Sequence record: DRR723986_3008
Direction: 5' to 3' (one strand)
Length of the DNA: 64,000 nucleotides
In this document: positions 19,608-29,796 of the stretch, in pieces
Layout of the letters: the number at the start of each line of letters is the position of its first letter
Numbering within the stretch: position 1 is the stretch's first letter
Translations under genes and position numbers: made by a program
Notes under the pieces: generated by a model
Databases searched by the model: none
What the model saw: the letters and a program-made list of their open reading frames with translations, nothing else
Told to the model about the DNA's origin: nothing

Positions 19608-20660
19608 CTAGTTTGGGTTAGCGATCAATGCCGGTACAATTTTCTGAGCAACAATCTGGTTGGGTATAAACTGCGTGCGTTTGCCATAATTTTTGCCGGT
19701 AAATGAAGCCACCAAATTGAGTTCAGGCACTATAAAAATGAAACTACCACCGTTACCGTGAGCATAAAGAAGCGTCACCTTTGTGCCTTTCACCTCACCG
19801 CTGTCGCGCCACCACAAGTATCCATATTTTTCGCGCCGTTCCGGTATGCTCGTTTGCTCTTTGGTTGCTTTTTCCAACCAATCAGCATCAATAATTTGCC
19901 TGTCATCCCAGGCGCCATTTGCAAGAACCAAGCGTCCTATTTTATGTAGGTCACTAAGGGTCAACCGAAGATGACCACCCGTGTCGGTATAGCCTTTCGG
20001 TGTTTTCTCCCAGCGTGCGCCCGTTATACCAAGCGGGGCAAACAACCGCTGCTCTGCAAAGTCAGGCACCGACATGCCAGACAATTGTTGAATAACACGG
20101 CCTAACAAGACCACACCGCCGGTGCAGTAGCTGAAATGCTTGCCGCGCTCATAGGCCAAGGGCTTGGACAACAAAAAAGCCGACCAGTCGCGGGTTTTGT
20201 ACATTTTGTCTTCATGGCCAACCGATGCCGGTGCCCAGTCATTACATGCAAGACCGGTCCGCATGGTCAATACATCCCTGATAGTGATGCTTCGACGTGG
20301 GTCACTCTTTTCCATGTGTGAGAATTCGTTTGGTAGCAGCTTGGATAGCTTAACTTTTTCATCCTTGAGCGTACCATCTTTTATCAACTCGCCGATCAGC
20401 AACGCGGTTATGCTTTTGGTTGCTGAGCGAATGTCATGTCTTCTATCTGCGCCGTACCCCGGCGCATAAGCCTCAAACAGCGTGGTGCCCTCAACGCTTA
20501 CCATTCCGCCCGTAATGCCCTCATATTCTCCCGCTTCAAGGCCCCTGACAATAGGGTCAATAGTATCAGTCACATCCTGCGCGGCGGCAGGCGTTGCTAA
20601 AGCCAAAATGACCACAGAAGCTATTTTCAGAAATTGCATCACAATCTTAATTATCCTCAA
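19608..20660 (-). CDS. Secreted serine hydrolase, beta-lactamase class C-like family
   Basis: SxxK (SATK), FSY, LFAPLGI, YAHGNGG, signal peptide; start may be 20639. Confidence 0.88.
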   Translation of the reverse strand: MRIIKIVMQFLKIASVVILALATPAAAQDVTDTIDPIVRGLEAGEYEGITGGMVSVEGTTLFEAYAPGYGADRRHDIRSATKSITALLIGELIKDGTLKDEKVKLSKLLPNEFSHMEKSDPRRSITIRDVLTMRTGLACNDWAPASVGHEDKMYKTRDWSAFLLSKPLAYERGKHFSYCTGGVVLLGRVIQQLSGMSVPDFAEQRLFAPLGITGARWEKTPKGYTDTGGHLRLTLSDLHKIGRLVLANGAWDDRQIIDADWLEKATKEQTSIPERREKYGYLWWRDSGEVKGTKVTLLYAHGNGGSFIFIVPELNLVASFTGKNYGKRTQFIPNQIVAQKIVPALIANPN

Positions 20661-22204
20661 TCTGGTTGCGTTAAAATGGCAAGATACCCGCGAATACCAT
20701 CAACATAATTGCCCAATCTCAGGTTTTCGTTGGGGCTATGCTGGTTGTTCTCAATATACACTGAAGGCACCAAAATTGCTGGCAGACCTAAGCTGGCAAC
20801 AAAGGGGGAAATCGGTATAGAGCCACCGCCGGTGCGTATTTTAATCGGCGCTTCACCAAAAGCGCGCACCAATGCTTTTTCGGCCCAAACACCAGCAGGC
20901 GACGACAAAGGCGTGCGAAACGCTGCATAGGAAACCTCATAATCAAACGATATAAGCTTATCGTAGGTGGCGCGCTCCTCATCTGTTGGTACGTCACCAT
21001 CAATGATATGAAAACCCTGATCAATAATATGTTGGCGCAACAGGCCCACAAGTCGTTCAGGTTCGCTTTCAAGCACCAACCTGATGTCCAGCTCGGCTGT
21101 TGCCGTTGCAGGAATGATGGTGCGTGCCTGCGACCCAACCCACGCACTCTCAAGACCAAGAATGCTCAAACTCGGATATTGCACCGATTCCTGATATGTA
21201 TTGGCAACACGGTCGGGTGTTTTGATGCCTATAGACCGCTTTATTGCCGCTTCATCATCAGGCACGCTGTTGATAACAGCCCGGACATCCGGCGCAATAA
21301 CAATGCCATCATAAAACCCCGGAATAATCACCCGGCCTTCTTCATTTTCCATACCCGCCAAAAGCCGACTAAGACGAATGGCAGGGTTCGGCACATAATT
21401 GCCGTAAGTACCACTATGCTGGGGCCGCTTGGGGCCAAAAACCGTTAGTGAAATTGTCGCAATACCACGGGCACCAAACACTAGGGTTGGCCGGTTGCTG
21501 GTATGACGCGGGCCATCATAAATGAGCAACATATCAGCTGCGAGTTCATCCTTATATTTCTCAACAGCCGCCGGCAAATGCGGTGACCCAAGCTCTTCTT
21601 CAAAGTCCATCACAACCTTAAGGTTATGCGTTTGGGTCAGGCCTTCAGCATGCAATATATCCAGCGCGGTTAAGAACATGGCAACCGGACCTTTTGCATC
21701 TGATGCCGCGCGGGCAAACACTCGCCATTCAGGGTTAAGCTCGCCCTCAAGGTTGCTCCAGTCAATAATCTGCCACTCACCGTGCTGCATTTCTTTAAGA
21801 ACTGGTTTGTACGGGTCTGGCTGGTTCCATTTGGAAGGGTCCACCGGCTGTCCATCTATCTGTAGATAAATCAGTACCGTTTTGGCTTTAGGGTCAATAT
21901 GCCGTTCAGCAAGCAGCAAGGGTGGGCCACCGGTTTCCAACACCGTTGTTTTGAAGTCACGACCATCAAACGCGCTTTTCATCCAGGCCACATTGGCGGC
22001 AACATGCTCAGGAAAGTGCGCGTCACTTGGAATGGACAACAAGTCTTTCAATAGCGAATAAGATTGCTTGACATATTTTTGTGTAAGAGTGTTTATGGCT
22101 ACCGTGTCAGGCGCGCCTTCAGTTTGGGCATGCCCAGGGCCTACTGACAACAATATAAAGCCAAGCCCTATACAAAACTGCTTCGTCAAATTGCGCATAT
22201 GCAT
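20657..22204 (-). CDS. Secreted M20/M25/M40 family metallo-hydrolase
   Basis: ARAASDAKGP, DFEEE, HSG, NQHSPNEN; signal peptide. Confidence 0.88.
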   Translation of the reverse strand: MHMRNLTKQFCIGLGFILLSVGPGHAQTEGAPDTVAINTLTQKYVKQSYSLLKDLLSIPSDAHFPEHVAANVAWMKSAFDGRDFKTTVLETGGPPLLLAERHIDPKAKTVLIYLQIDGQPVDPSKWNQPDPYKPVLKEMQHGEWQIIDWSNLEGELNPEWRVFARAASDAKGPVAMFLTALDILHAEGLTQTHNLKVVMDFEEELGSPHLPAAVEKYKDELAADMLLIYDGPRHTSNRPTLVFGARGIATISLTVFGPKRPQHSGTYGNYVPNPAIRLSRLLAGMENEEGRVIIPGFYDGIVIAPDVRAVINSVPDDEAAIKRSIGIKTPDRVANTYQESVQYPSLSILGLESAWVGSQARTIIPATATAELDIRLVLESEPERLVGLLRQHIIDQGFHIIDGDVPTDEERATYDKLISFDYEVSYAAFRTPLSSPAGVWAEKALVRAFGEAPIKIRTGGGSIPISPFVASLGLPAILVPSVYIENNQHSPNENLRLGNYVDGIRGYLAILTQPD

Positions 22205-22310
22205 ACTTCATTCCCTTTTCCTATGAACACCAAAGATACCGTGTCCATGTAAGAAATTGGCATTAATATTCTACCGCTTTACATTCTTGAAAAACCGTCC
22301 ACACCATTTT

Positions 22311-23405
22311 TTAGCGCTGTGTCAGGCGCATCTCAATGCGTCTGTTTCGGCTGTAAGCAAATATATTCTCAGCGGGGTCAATGGGTTGAAATTCACCGAA
22401 ACCTGCCGCTGCTAACCGTTCTGGCGGCACACCTGTCGACACCAAAAACCGCACAACGCTGATTGCACGCGCGCTGGAAAGCTCCCAGTTGCTGGCATAA
22501 GCCGCCGTTGCAATTGGGCGTTTGTCTGTGTGGCCGTCTACCCGCAAAATCCACGGTAAATCGGCCGGAATCTCCTGCGAGATAGAAATGAGTGTTTCAG
22601 CAAACTTACGCAATTCTGCGCGGCCTTCAGGACCAAGTTCTGATTGCCCGCTGGCGAACAACAATTCGCTGGCAAAAACAAATCGGTCCCCCTCAGTGCG
22701 AATTTCTGGGCGGCTTGATAGCACCTCTTTCAATCGGCCAAAAAATTCAGATCGGTAGCCCGCCAGTTCTTCCACTTTGCTGGCAAGGGCGCGGTTAAGC
22801 CGCCTGCCCATATCAACAATAACTGCCTGATTGCGGCGGTCCCGTTCGTCACTGGCGTTTAACGCTGCTTCTAACCGAGCCAACTGTTCCCGAAGGGCTG
22901 TTACATTGCGCTCAAGCACATTCACCTGTTCGCGTGCTTGACGCGACAGTATTTGCTCTTGCGTGAGCGCCTCGCCTGAAACTCGGTTCTGCTCAGCCAA
23001 CTCATTGGCGCGTGCCTCCAGCGCATCGCGGGCAGCGGTAATTTCGGCCAGACGGGTTTGCGATGCCGCTAATCCTTGCTGGGCCGTTTCCAGCTCTGTG
23101 CCTAATCTGTCTCGATCAGCATTGGCCGCCGTAAGCGATGCGGCCAGATCAGCCATATTGCTGCGCAAGGATGTATTTGCTTGCTGCTCAAGCCGCAAAA
23201 GGTTGCCAAGCTGAGCAACTTGCCCGCGCAGTTCCACCAGCGCCTGCTCGCGGCCAGATAACGCCTGCCCCAAGAAGAATTGACCCAACACAAAGATCGA
23301 CAACAGAAATATTATCACTAACAGCAAAGACGAAAGGGCATCAACAAAGCCCGGCCAACTGTTGTCCGGTCCTTGGCTGCCTATTCGTTTGCGCGCTGCA
23401 AACAT
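22311..23405 (-). CDS. MotB-like protein: TM with conserved Asp, long coiled coil, OmpA-like peptidoglycan-binding domain
   Basis: WPGFVDAL TM, DGHTD, NWELSSARA, NRRIE. Confidence 0.88.
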   Translation of the reverse strand: MFAARKRIGSQGPDNSWPGFVDALSSLLLVIIFLLSIFVLGQFFLGQALSGREQALVELRGQVAQLGNLLRLEQQANTSLRSNMADLAASLTAANADRDRLGTELETAQQGLAASQTRLAEITAARDALEARANELAEQNRVSGEALTQEQILSRQAREQVNVLERNVTALREQLARLEAALNASDERDRRNQAVIVDMGRRLNRALASKVEELAGYRSEFFGRLKEVLSSRPEIRTEGDRFVFASELLFASGQSELGPEGRAELRKFAETLISISQEIPADLPWILRVDGHTDKRPIATAAYASNWELSSARAISVVRFLVSTGVPPERLAAAGFGEFQPIDPAENIFAYSRNRRIEMRLTQR

Positions 23406-24580
23406 CAGTTGTCTCCGCCTCCACTGTCACGCTTGGCGTCAAGTCCCGCTGATATGGTCCGGGCAAGGAGTTTAAGCTCACTGCGCAGGTCATCCGACAA
23501 AGCCTGACTTGAGCGAGACTGCTCGTCGATCATGCGCTTAATACCCACATCGAGATTGCGAATATGGGACTTGGTTGCTTCGTCAATCGCAGGCGCAGGT
23601 GCAACAGGCTGTGATTTAACATCCTGCGCTTCGGCAAGTTTTTCAATTGCGGCAGCCAATGCCCTGTCTGATTGTTCATTACTGGCAAGGTGGCTGCTTT
23701 GGGCCTCCAGCCGGTCGGCAAGAGCGGCCAGCGATTCTGCAATAGATGTCATTGTCTGTTGAGTTTGCACCCTGCCTTCATCTGATTGCTTTAACGTGCG
23801 CTGAAGCCGGTCAATACCATCGGCGGTTTGCTCCATAAGTGCTGTCATGTAAGAACTTGGGCTGGCGACACCTTCAGAAACTTCACCGCGCGACAAATGG
23901 GTAACAGACGCCAACCAGTCTTCCACGTCGTTATAAAAGCGAGTTTGAGACTGCGTGGCTTGAAGGTCCATAAAACCCATAATTAAACTGCCCGCCAACC
24001 CGAACAGGGAGCTGGAAAATGCTGTACCCATACCTGAAAGCGGTGCTTGAAGGCCGGCTTTAAGTTCATCAAACATCAGCGCCATGTCACTGCCGTCAAC
24101 CGACAATCCATTAATGGTGCCGCCAATGGCGCCAATAGTGCCAAGCAAGCCCCAAAATGTACCAAGCAAGCCCAGGAAAATTAACAGCTGCGTGAAATAC
24201 CGGCTAACTTCGCGGCTTTCTTCAAGCCGTGAGACAATACCGTCCAGCACCGACCGCATAGATATAGTGGACAGGCGCATACCGCCTTCTTCTTGTGCGG
24301 ATAGCAATGCCGCTGCAGGTGCCATAAGGCGCGGCGTTACAGACGTGGCGGCGCTTTCATGGCGCTTAAAGGCCTTGATCCATTCGATCTCGGGCTTCAG
24401 GTCCTGAACCCGGCGTAGCGCGAAAATAACACCAAAAAGCAGGGTAAATGCAATAACACCGTTGAGAACGGCATTCGCCATAAACGCACTTAGCAGCGCA
24501 TCGCGCAGCAGCACACCCAAAATGATAACTGCCGCCAAAAACAGCAGCATCCGATTCATGAATTTCTGTGGTTTTTGCAT
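23405..24580 (-). CDS. MotA/TolQ/ExbB-like membrane protein with a helical C-terminal tail
   Basis: LIFLGLLGTFWGL and GMGTAFSSSLFGL channel helices; stop overlaps the start of the MotB-like gene. Confidence 0.85.
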   Translation of the reverse strand: MQKPQKFMNRMLLFLAAVIILGVLLRDALLSAFMANAVLNGVIAFTLLFGVIFALRRVQDLKPEIEWIKAFKRHESAATSVTPRLMAPAAALLSAQEEGGMRLSTISMRSVLDGIVSRLEESREVSRYFTQLLIFLGLLGTFWGLLGTIGAIGGTINGLSVDGSDMALMFDELKAGLQAPLSGMGTAFSSSLFGLAGSLIMGFMDLQATQSQTRFYNDVEDWLASVTHLSRGEVSEGVASPSSYMTALMEQTADGIDRLQRTLKQSDEGRVQTQQTMTSIAESLAALADRLEAQSSHLASNEQSDRALAAAIEKLAEAQDVKSQPVAPAPAIDEATKSHIRNLDVGIKRMIDEQSRSSQALSDDLRSELKLLARTISAGLDAKRDSGGGDN

Positions 24581-24707
24581 AAAACCGCCCTTCCCCGGCA
24601 GGCATTAAAGTCGGAAAAATTCGACTTCTATCAAATGCCTAGTTTAAGGGCGAAATTATGACACGCAACCAGAAGGTTACTTAATTAGATTTTCATTTTG
24701 GGAAAGA

Positions 24708-25517
24708 TTAAGAATTCAGCTTGCGACGAACCCGTTTAAGCATACGATCGAGCGGCGCATGCAGCCGGTCATTAGCCGCGATAATCGTGCCCGCTTCTTG
24801 AGCATTTTGCTTGCCTTTATAATCGGTTACATAACCACCAGCCTCGCGTACAAGCAACATACCAGCGGCCACATCCCATGCCTTAAGCCCTGATTCCCAA
24901 AAGCCATCAAAACGGCCAGATGCAACATACGCCAAATCAAGTGTTGCCGCGCCAAACCGCCTTATGCCGGCAACTTGCGGGGCAATTTCGGTCATTTCAG
25001 CCATGAAAAGCTCGTGTCCGTCTTTGCCTAAAAACGGAATACCCGTCGCCAGAACAGAGTTTTCCAGTTTACTACGCCCGGAGACCCGCAAGCGGGTGTC
25101 ATTCATGAAAGCACCTTGGCCTTTTTCGGCCCAATATAACTCGTCCGTAATGGGCGCGTATACGACCCCTGCGGTAATTTCGCCGCGCTCTTCCACAGCT
25201 ACCGTAATGGAAAAATGTGGAATGCCATGCAAAAAATTTGTTGTGCCATCAAGAGGGTCAATGATGAAGCGAATATCATCTCGCTTGCCTGCAACCGGAC
25301 CATGCTCCTCCATCAAAAAGCCGAAATCAGGGCGGGCCATATGCAACTCCTCAAACAAAAGCTTCTCAACCCGCTTGTCCGCGATGGAAACAAAGTCTGC
25401 CGGACCTTTGCGAGAAACTTGCAGCTGTTCCACTTCGCCGAAATCACGGCGCAACCCGCGGCTGGCTTTCATAACAGCACTAACCATTACATTGATGAGG
25501 GGGGAACGACGGGCCAT
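24708..25517 (-). CDS. suhB: Inositol monophosphatase family protein SuhB
   Basis: IIDPLDGTTNF, WDVAAG, RRFGAA. Confidence 0.95.
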   Translation of the reverse strand: MARRSPLINVMVSAVMKASRGLRRDFGEVEQLQVSRKGPADFVSIADKRVEKLLFEELHMARPDFGFLMEEHGPVAGKRDDIRFIIDPLDGTTNFLHGIPHFSITVAVEERGEITAGVVYAPITDELYWAEKGQGAFMNDTRLRVSGRSKLENSVLATGIPFLGKDGHELFMAEMTEIAPQVAGIRRFGAATLDLAYVASGRFDGFWESGLKAWDVAAGMLLVREAGGYVTDYKGKQNAQEAGTIIAANDRLHAPLDRMLKRVRRKLNS

Positions 25518-25562
25518 TGGCCTCTCCTTACTGGGAAAACGCGTAACAAATAAATAGGCTGG

Positions 25563-26129
25563 TTAGCCGTCTGCCCGGCTGACATATTCACGCTCAGCCG
25601 TGGAAACAACAATTTTATCACCCTGATTAACGAAAGGAGGCACACCCACACGCAAGCCATTTTCAAGAAGGGCTGGTTTATAACTGCTTGATGCTGTCTG
25701 GCCTTTAACCACAGGCTCAGTCTCTGTTACTTCAAGCGTAACTTTGTCTGGCAAGGCAACGCCTAACGGTGATTCTTCATGAAATTCAATGCGCACCTTC
25801 ATACCGTCCTGCAGAAAAACGGCGTCCTCGCCAATATCTTCCGAAGTGAGGGAGATTTGCTCGTAGGTAGTTTCGTCCATAAAGTGCGCCATATCGTCGT
25901 CGATGTATAGGAACTGATAGTCTTTCTGTTCCAGACGCGCGCGCTCTACTTTTTCAGACGAACGAAACCGCTCATTGAGTTTTGAGCCGTCGCGCAAGTT
26001 CTTCAATTCAACCTGAAGATACGCCCCACCTTTACCTGGCTGGGTATGCGCAATTTTAACAGCGCGCCACAAACCACCTTTGTGTTCGATTACATTGCCC
26101 GGACGGATGGAATTGCCATCAATTTTCAT
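25563..26129 (-). CDS. efp: Elongation factor P
   Basis: PGKGGA loop, [22 protein letters not shown]. Confidence 0.98.
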   Translation of the reverse strand: MKIDGNSIRPGNVIEHKGGLWRAVKIAHTQPGKGGAYLQVELKNLRDGSKLNERFRSSEKVERARLEQKDYQFLYIDDDMAHFMDETTYEQISLTSEDIGEDAVFLQDGMKVRIEFHEESPLGVALPDKVTLEVTETEPVVKGQTASSSYKPALLENGLRVGVPPFVNQGDKIVVSTAEREYVSRADG

Positions 26130-26375
26130 GGGACACCTCTCAGGATCTATATTAGGTCAAAGAACAAGTTTGGCGCGATGTATCAGATTTATTTCTCACA
26201 TGCAATGCGCGATGCATGGCATTCGCATCTGAAACCTCATGCGCTATTGATCTTGTCGCTGTTCCAGTTAACCAAGTGAAGCGCATATTTTCCCTACACA
26301 CGATCTTGTTACTGCCTTTTGATCAAGCCTCGTGCAATAGTGCCGCCAAAGTCATACAACTAAGGTTTAAATGTC

Positions 26376-26978
26376 ATGAATATACCCTCTAAATTAGTAT
26401 CTATTTTCAGTGCTATTTTTGTTTTCAGTGCTGTTGCTTCAGCGCAAATGGACGCCACGGATAACTTTGGTGAAAATATTGGTCCAAAAATTGGCACTGT
26501 TCTGAACATGGATTTTGCTGCTACAGACCAAACCGGGGCGCCGCAAAACTTTGATAGCTTTGTAGGCGAGAACGGTGCTGTCATTGCCTTTTACCGCTCA
26601 GCAAAATGGTGCCCTTTTTGCCAGATGCAGCTAATTGACCTCAACACCAATGCGGTTAAGGCTATCAAGGCTAAAGGCTATGGTTTAGCTGCCATCAGTT
26701 ACGACAAGACCAGTGATTTGGAGCGTTTCCACCGCAAGTGGCGGGTTGACTTTCCAATGTTGTCGGATGAGGGCTCTAAAATGATTAACGCTCTTGGCCT
26801 GCAAAACCCGAATTACGAAGAAGGGCACTATGCACACGGCGTGCCTTATCCTGTTATATTGGTGCTTAACAAAGACAAAAAAGTTGTCGCCAAACTTATG
26901 CGCGAAAGCTACCGCGAGCGCCCTGAACCAGAGGTTATTCTTGAAACTTTGGATGGCCTCTCTCAGACCAGCCGCTAG
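26376..26978 (+). CDS. Exported peroxiredoxin-like/AhpC-TSA thioredoxin-fold protein
   Basis: Signal peptide, WCPFC motif, FPMLSD, VPYP. Confidence 0.78.
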   Translation: MNIPSKLVSIFSAIFVFSAVASAQMDATDNFGENIGPKIGTVLNMDFAATDQTGAPQNFDSFVGENGAVIAFYRSAKWCPFCQMQLIDLNTNAVKAIKAKGYGLAAISYDKTSDLERFHRKWRVDFPMLSDEGSKMINALGLQNPNYEEGHYAHGVPYPVILVLNKDKKVVAKLMRESYRERPEPEVILETLDGLSQTSR

Positions 26979-27097
26979 GCTTTAGTTTAGAATTATGAAC
27001 TTTGTGTGTGGTGACAATCGAAGGCTTTGATCTTCCTTGTCATTACCGCAAAGAGAGCATAGCATCCTTCATATTCACGCCTGAATAAGGACGCGCT

Positions 27098-28399
27098 ATG
27101 GTCAAAAAACTACCAATTCCAATCACACAGTTTTACCACAACCATCCCGGCGGCCCAACTGCTGCGGACAAAGACCTGTTTGGACGCGTTACTCATGCCG
27201 ACCGGCGAGGCTTTCTGAGAAATGTTGGGTTGGCGGCGGTTGGAACACTTGTTGGTGCTGCAATCCCGTTTCACCGCAACATGCCAGCTGGGTTTATTCC
27301 AGCGGCATTGGCGGACAGTCATATTCTTGACGCAAAAGAAGGCCTAACCATTTTGAATGACAGGCCCTTAAATGCTGAAACACCCCCTCATTTTCTTGAT
27401 GATGCAATTACGTCGACAGACCGCCATTTTGTACGCAACAACGGCATACCCCCAATTGATACCGATGCCACCAAATGGCAGTTAACCATAGACGGCCTTG
27501 TGGATACCCCGCTATCGCTATCAATAAGTGATCTGCGCAAGAATTTTGAAGTGGTAAACCAGAATTTGGTCATTGAATGCGGCGGTAATGGCCGGGCGAT
27601 GTTTGACCCGCCTGCACGCGGCAACCAATGGACATTTGGGGCGGTTGGCTGCTCTAACTGGACCGGCGTGCGCCTGCGCGATGTCCTTAAGGCCGCAGGG
27701 GTGAAAGACACTGTTGTATACACGGCCCATGAAGGTGCAGACAGCCACCTTTCTGGCAAGGTCGATAAAATGCCGCTGTCGCGCGGCATGCCAATTGCCA
27801 AAGCCATGGACGATGCCAATTTGATTGCGTTTGGCCAAAACGGCGGCGACATTCACCACATGAACGGTGCACCGCTTCGACTTGTTGTACCGGGCTGGCC
27901 GGGAAGTTGCTCCCAAAAATGGCTGACACGCATATGGCTTCGTGACCAAGTGCACGACGGAGCAAAAATGACCGGCACATCATACCGTGTACCCAAATAC
28001 CCTGTAGCCCCCGGCACCAAAGTGCCAAAGGAAGATTTCGAGATTATTGAAGCCATGCCGGTTAAATCGCTGATTACATCGCCAGTCGGCGGTTCACAAT
28101 CAAATGAGCGCATCTTTGACGTTCGCGGCCATGCATGGGCTGGCGACACCACGGTTGATGCCGTTGATATTTCCTATGATTTTGGTGCCACATGGCAAAA
28201 AGCCAGCCTTGAACGTCCTTCAAATAAAGGCGCGTGGCAGCAATGGCGTACAACTGTTGAATTGCCAGAGGCCGGATATTATGAAATATGGGCGCGGGCA
28301 ACCGACGCCCATGGTCGCATGCAACCCTTTGCCATTGATTGGAATCCTAAAGGGTATCTGAACAATAGTTTTCACCGGGTGGCTGTGACTGTAACCTAG
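27098..28399 (+). CDS. Periplasmic sulfite-oxidase-family molybdoenzyme (SorT/SorA/SoxC-like)
   Basis: Tat motif DRRGFL, HFVRNNG, Mo-ligating Cys in IECGGNGR, GAPLRLVVPGWPG, C-terminal WNPKGY. Confidence 0.92.
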   Translation: MVKKLPIPITQFYHNHPGGPTAADKDLFGRVTHADRRGFLRNVGLAAVGTLVGAAIPFHRNMPAGFIPAALADSHILDAKEGLTILNDRPLNAETPPHFLDDAITSTDRHFVRNNGIPPIDTDATKWQLTIDGLVDTPLSLSISDLRKNFEVVNQNLVIECGGNGRAMFDPPARGNQWTFGAVGCSNWTGVRLRDVLKAAGVKDTVVYTAHEGADSHLSGKVDKMPLSRGMPIAKAMDDANLIAFGQNGGDIHHMNGAPLRLVVPGWPGSCSQKWLTRIWLRDQVHDGAKMTGTSYRVPKYPVAPGTKVPKEDFEIIEAMPVKSLITSPVGGSQSNERIFDVRGHAWAGDTTVDAVDISYDFGATWQKASLERPSNKGAWQQWRTTVELPEAGYYEIWARATDAHGRMQPFAIDWNPKGYLNNSFHRVAVTVT

Positions 28400-28413
28400 T
28401 AGACGAGTAAACC

Positions 28414-29079
28414 ATGCGCTTTTTAGTATCTGCCTTTCTTTTTGCAGCGGTTTTACTGCCTGTGTCAGGCACAGCCCAAGCACAAGACGCTGCCCGCGGT
28501 GAAAAATTATTTCGGCGCTGCACAACCTGCCACACCATAACAGACGGTGGTCCCAACAAGGTTGGCCCTAATCTTTTCGGTATTGTTGGCCGCGATATCG
28601 CAACCAAAGACGGTTTCCGCTATAGCGACGCCTTATTAGCCCTTGAAGGCACCTGGACTGAGGACGAGCTTAACCAGTATCTGCTATCACCGCGCACATA
28701 CGCCCGCGGCACCAGAATGGCGTTTGCGGGCCTGCGTAAATCAAAAGACAGAGCAGATGTTATTGCGTGGTTAAAAAGCCAATCAAAAAATGATGCCCCT
28801 ATAGACAAAAGCGCCTCACCAACAAAACCACAGTTAGACCCGGACTTGGCATTACTACCCGAAGGCGCGGGCAGAAAAGAAACTTATGAAAGCTGTGCCA
28901 GCTGCCACTCCATCAAACTGGTAGTACAGCAAGGCATGAACAAAGAGGAATGGCTAGAGACAATTGAATGGATGGTGGACGAACAAGGTATGGACCCGCT
29001 GTCAGATGAGTTGGGCAATATGATTACGGCTTATTTAGCAACCCATTTTGGCAGAGACCGGCCTAATTTTCCTAAATAG
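28414..29079 (+). CDS. Diheme cytochrome c (c2-like domain + SorU/SorB-like domain)
   Basis: Signal peptide; CTTCH...GPNLFG...GTRMAF; second motif CASCH...WLETIEWM. Confidence 0.88.
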   Translation: MRFLVSAFLFAAVLLPVSGTAQAQDAARGEKLFRRCTTCHTITDGGPNKVGPNLFGIVGRDIATKDGFRYSDALLALEGTWTEDELNQYLLSPRTYARGTRMAFAGLRKSKDRADVIAWLKSQSKNDAPIDKSASPTKPQLDPDLALLPEGAGRKETYESCASCHSIKLVVQQGMNKEEWLETIEWMVDEQGMDPLSDELGNMITAYLATHFGRDRPNFPK

Positions 29080-29114
29080 ACTACACGGAAAACACAGGAA
29101 TACTCAGAAAAGCG

Positions 29115-29768
29115 CTACTGTGCCAACGCTTTGGTAAAAGCCTTGACGGCGGCAACGGGGCCGTCTGGATGGTTCCACACACCGCCGCTAACAGCAACAA
29201 AATGCGCGCCAGCATCGGCCAGCGAACGACAATTCTCAACTGTAATGCCGCCAATGGCGACACAAGGCAGGTCGGTCACTTCATCCCACATGGACAAAAT
29301 TTCCAGGTTAGGTCGCACTTCTGTTTGCTTGGTTTTTGTGTCAAAAAATGCGCCAAAAGCAACATAATCGGCGCCTGCCTCACCTGCCTCAAAAGCTAGA
29401 TGCCTGCTGTCATGGCAAGTAACACCAATATCTTTATCATGCCCCAGCAGCGAGCGCGCCGCGCGCACGTCACCGTCGCCTTGCCCTAGGTGAACACCGC
29501 CTGCATCCAACTCATGAGCAAGCGCAGCATTGTCATTCAGAATGAACGCAACTTCATGAGCATCGCATATGGGCATAACCTTCCGCGCGGCGGTGCGAAT
29601 ATGGTCGTCGCCCACATCTTTCAACCGCAACTGCAGGCAAGCCACTGACCCCGTCGCCAGAACCTTATCAAGCTCAGCCGCAAAAGCGTCCAGGTCATCA
29701 ATTTTCGGCGGCGTAATGAGATAAAGCTCACACTTGGCTTCTTGATCGGCAGTGTCAGTGTTGGCCAC
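29115..29768 (-). CDS. thiE: Thiamine-phosphate synthase
   Basis: LQLRLK, ILND, GVHLGQGD, DYVAFG, VAIGGIT; GTG 29768 with AAGGA upstream. Confidence 0.92.
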   Translation of the reverse strand: MANTDTADQEAKCELYLITPPKIDDLDAFAAELDKVLATGSVACLQLRLKDVGDDHIRTAARKVMPICDAHEVAFILNDNAALAHELDAGGVHLGQGDGDVRAARSLLGHDKDIGVTCHDSRHLAFEAGEAGADYVAFGAFFDTKTKQTEVRPNLEILSMWDEVTDLPCVAIGGITVENCRSLADAGAHFVAVSGGVWNHPDGPVAAVKAFTKALAQ

Positions 29769-29796
29769 AACAAATCCTTTACAGGGCAAATAGCAG

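Noticed and set aside
19608-20660. Antibiotic-resistance beta-lactamase
   Set aside because: Has SxxK but lacks AmpC YxN/KTG motifs; more likely an esterase or peptidase.
22311-24580. Zorya anti-phage system or flagellar stator
   Set aside because: No zorC/D/E or flagellar genes nearby and it sits in a housekeeping run; kept only as an orphan motor.
24964-25557. 197-aa plus-strand ORF
   Set aside because: Antisense to suhB; Ser/Pro/Thr-rich composition typical of an off-frame read.
26333-26348. Sigma54-like TGGCGG-N5-TTGCA on the minus strand about 200 nt upstream of efp
   Set aside because: Imperfect -24 element, long distance and no reason to expect sigma54 control of efp; likely chance.
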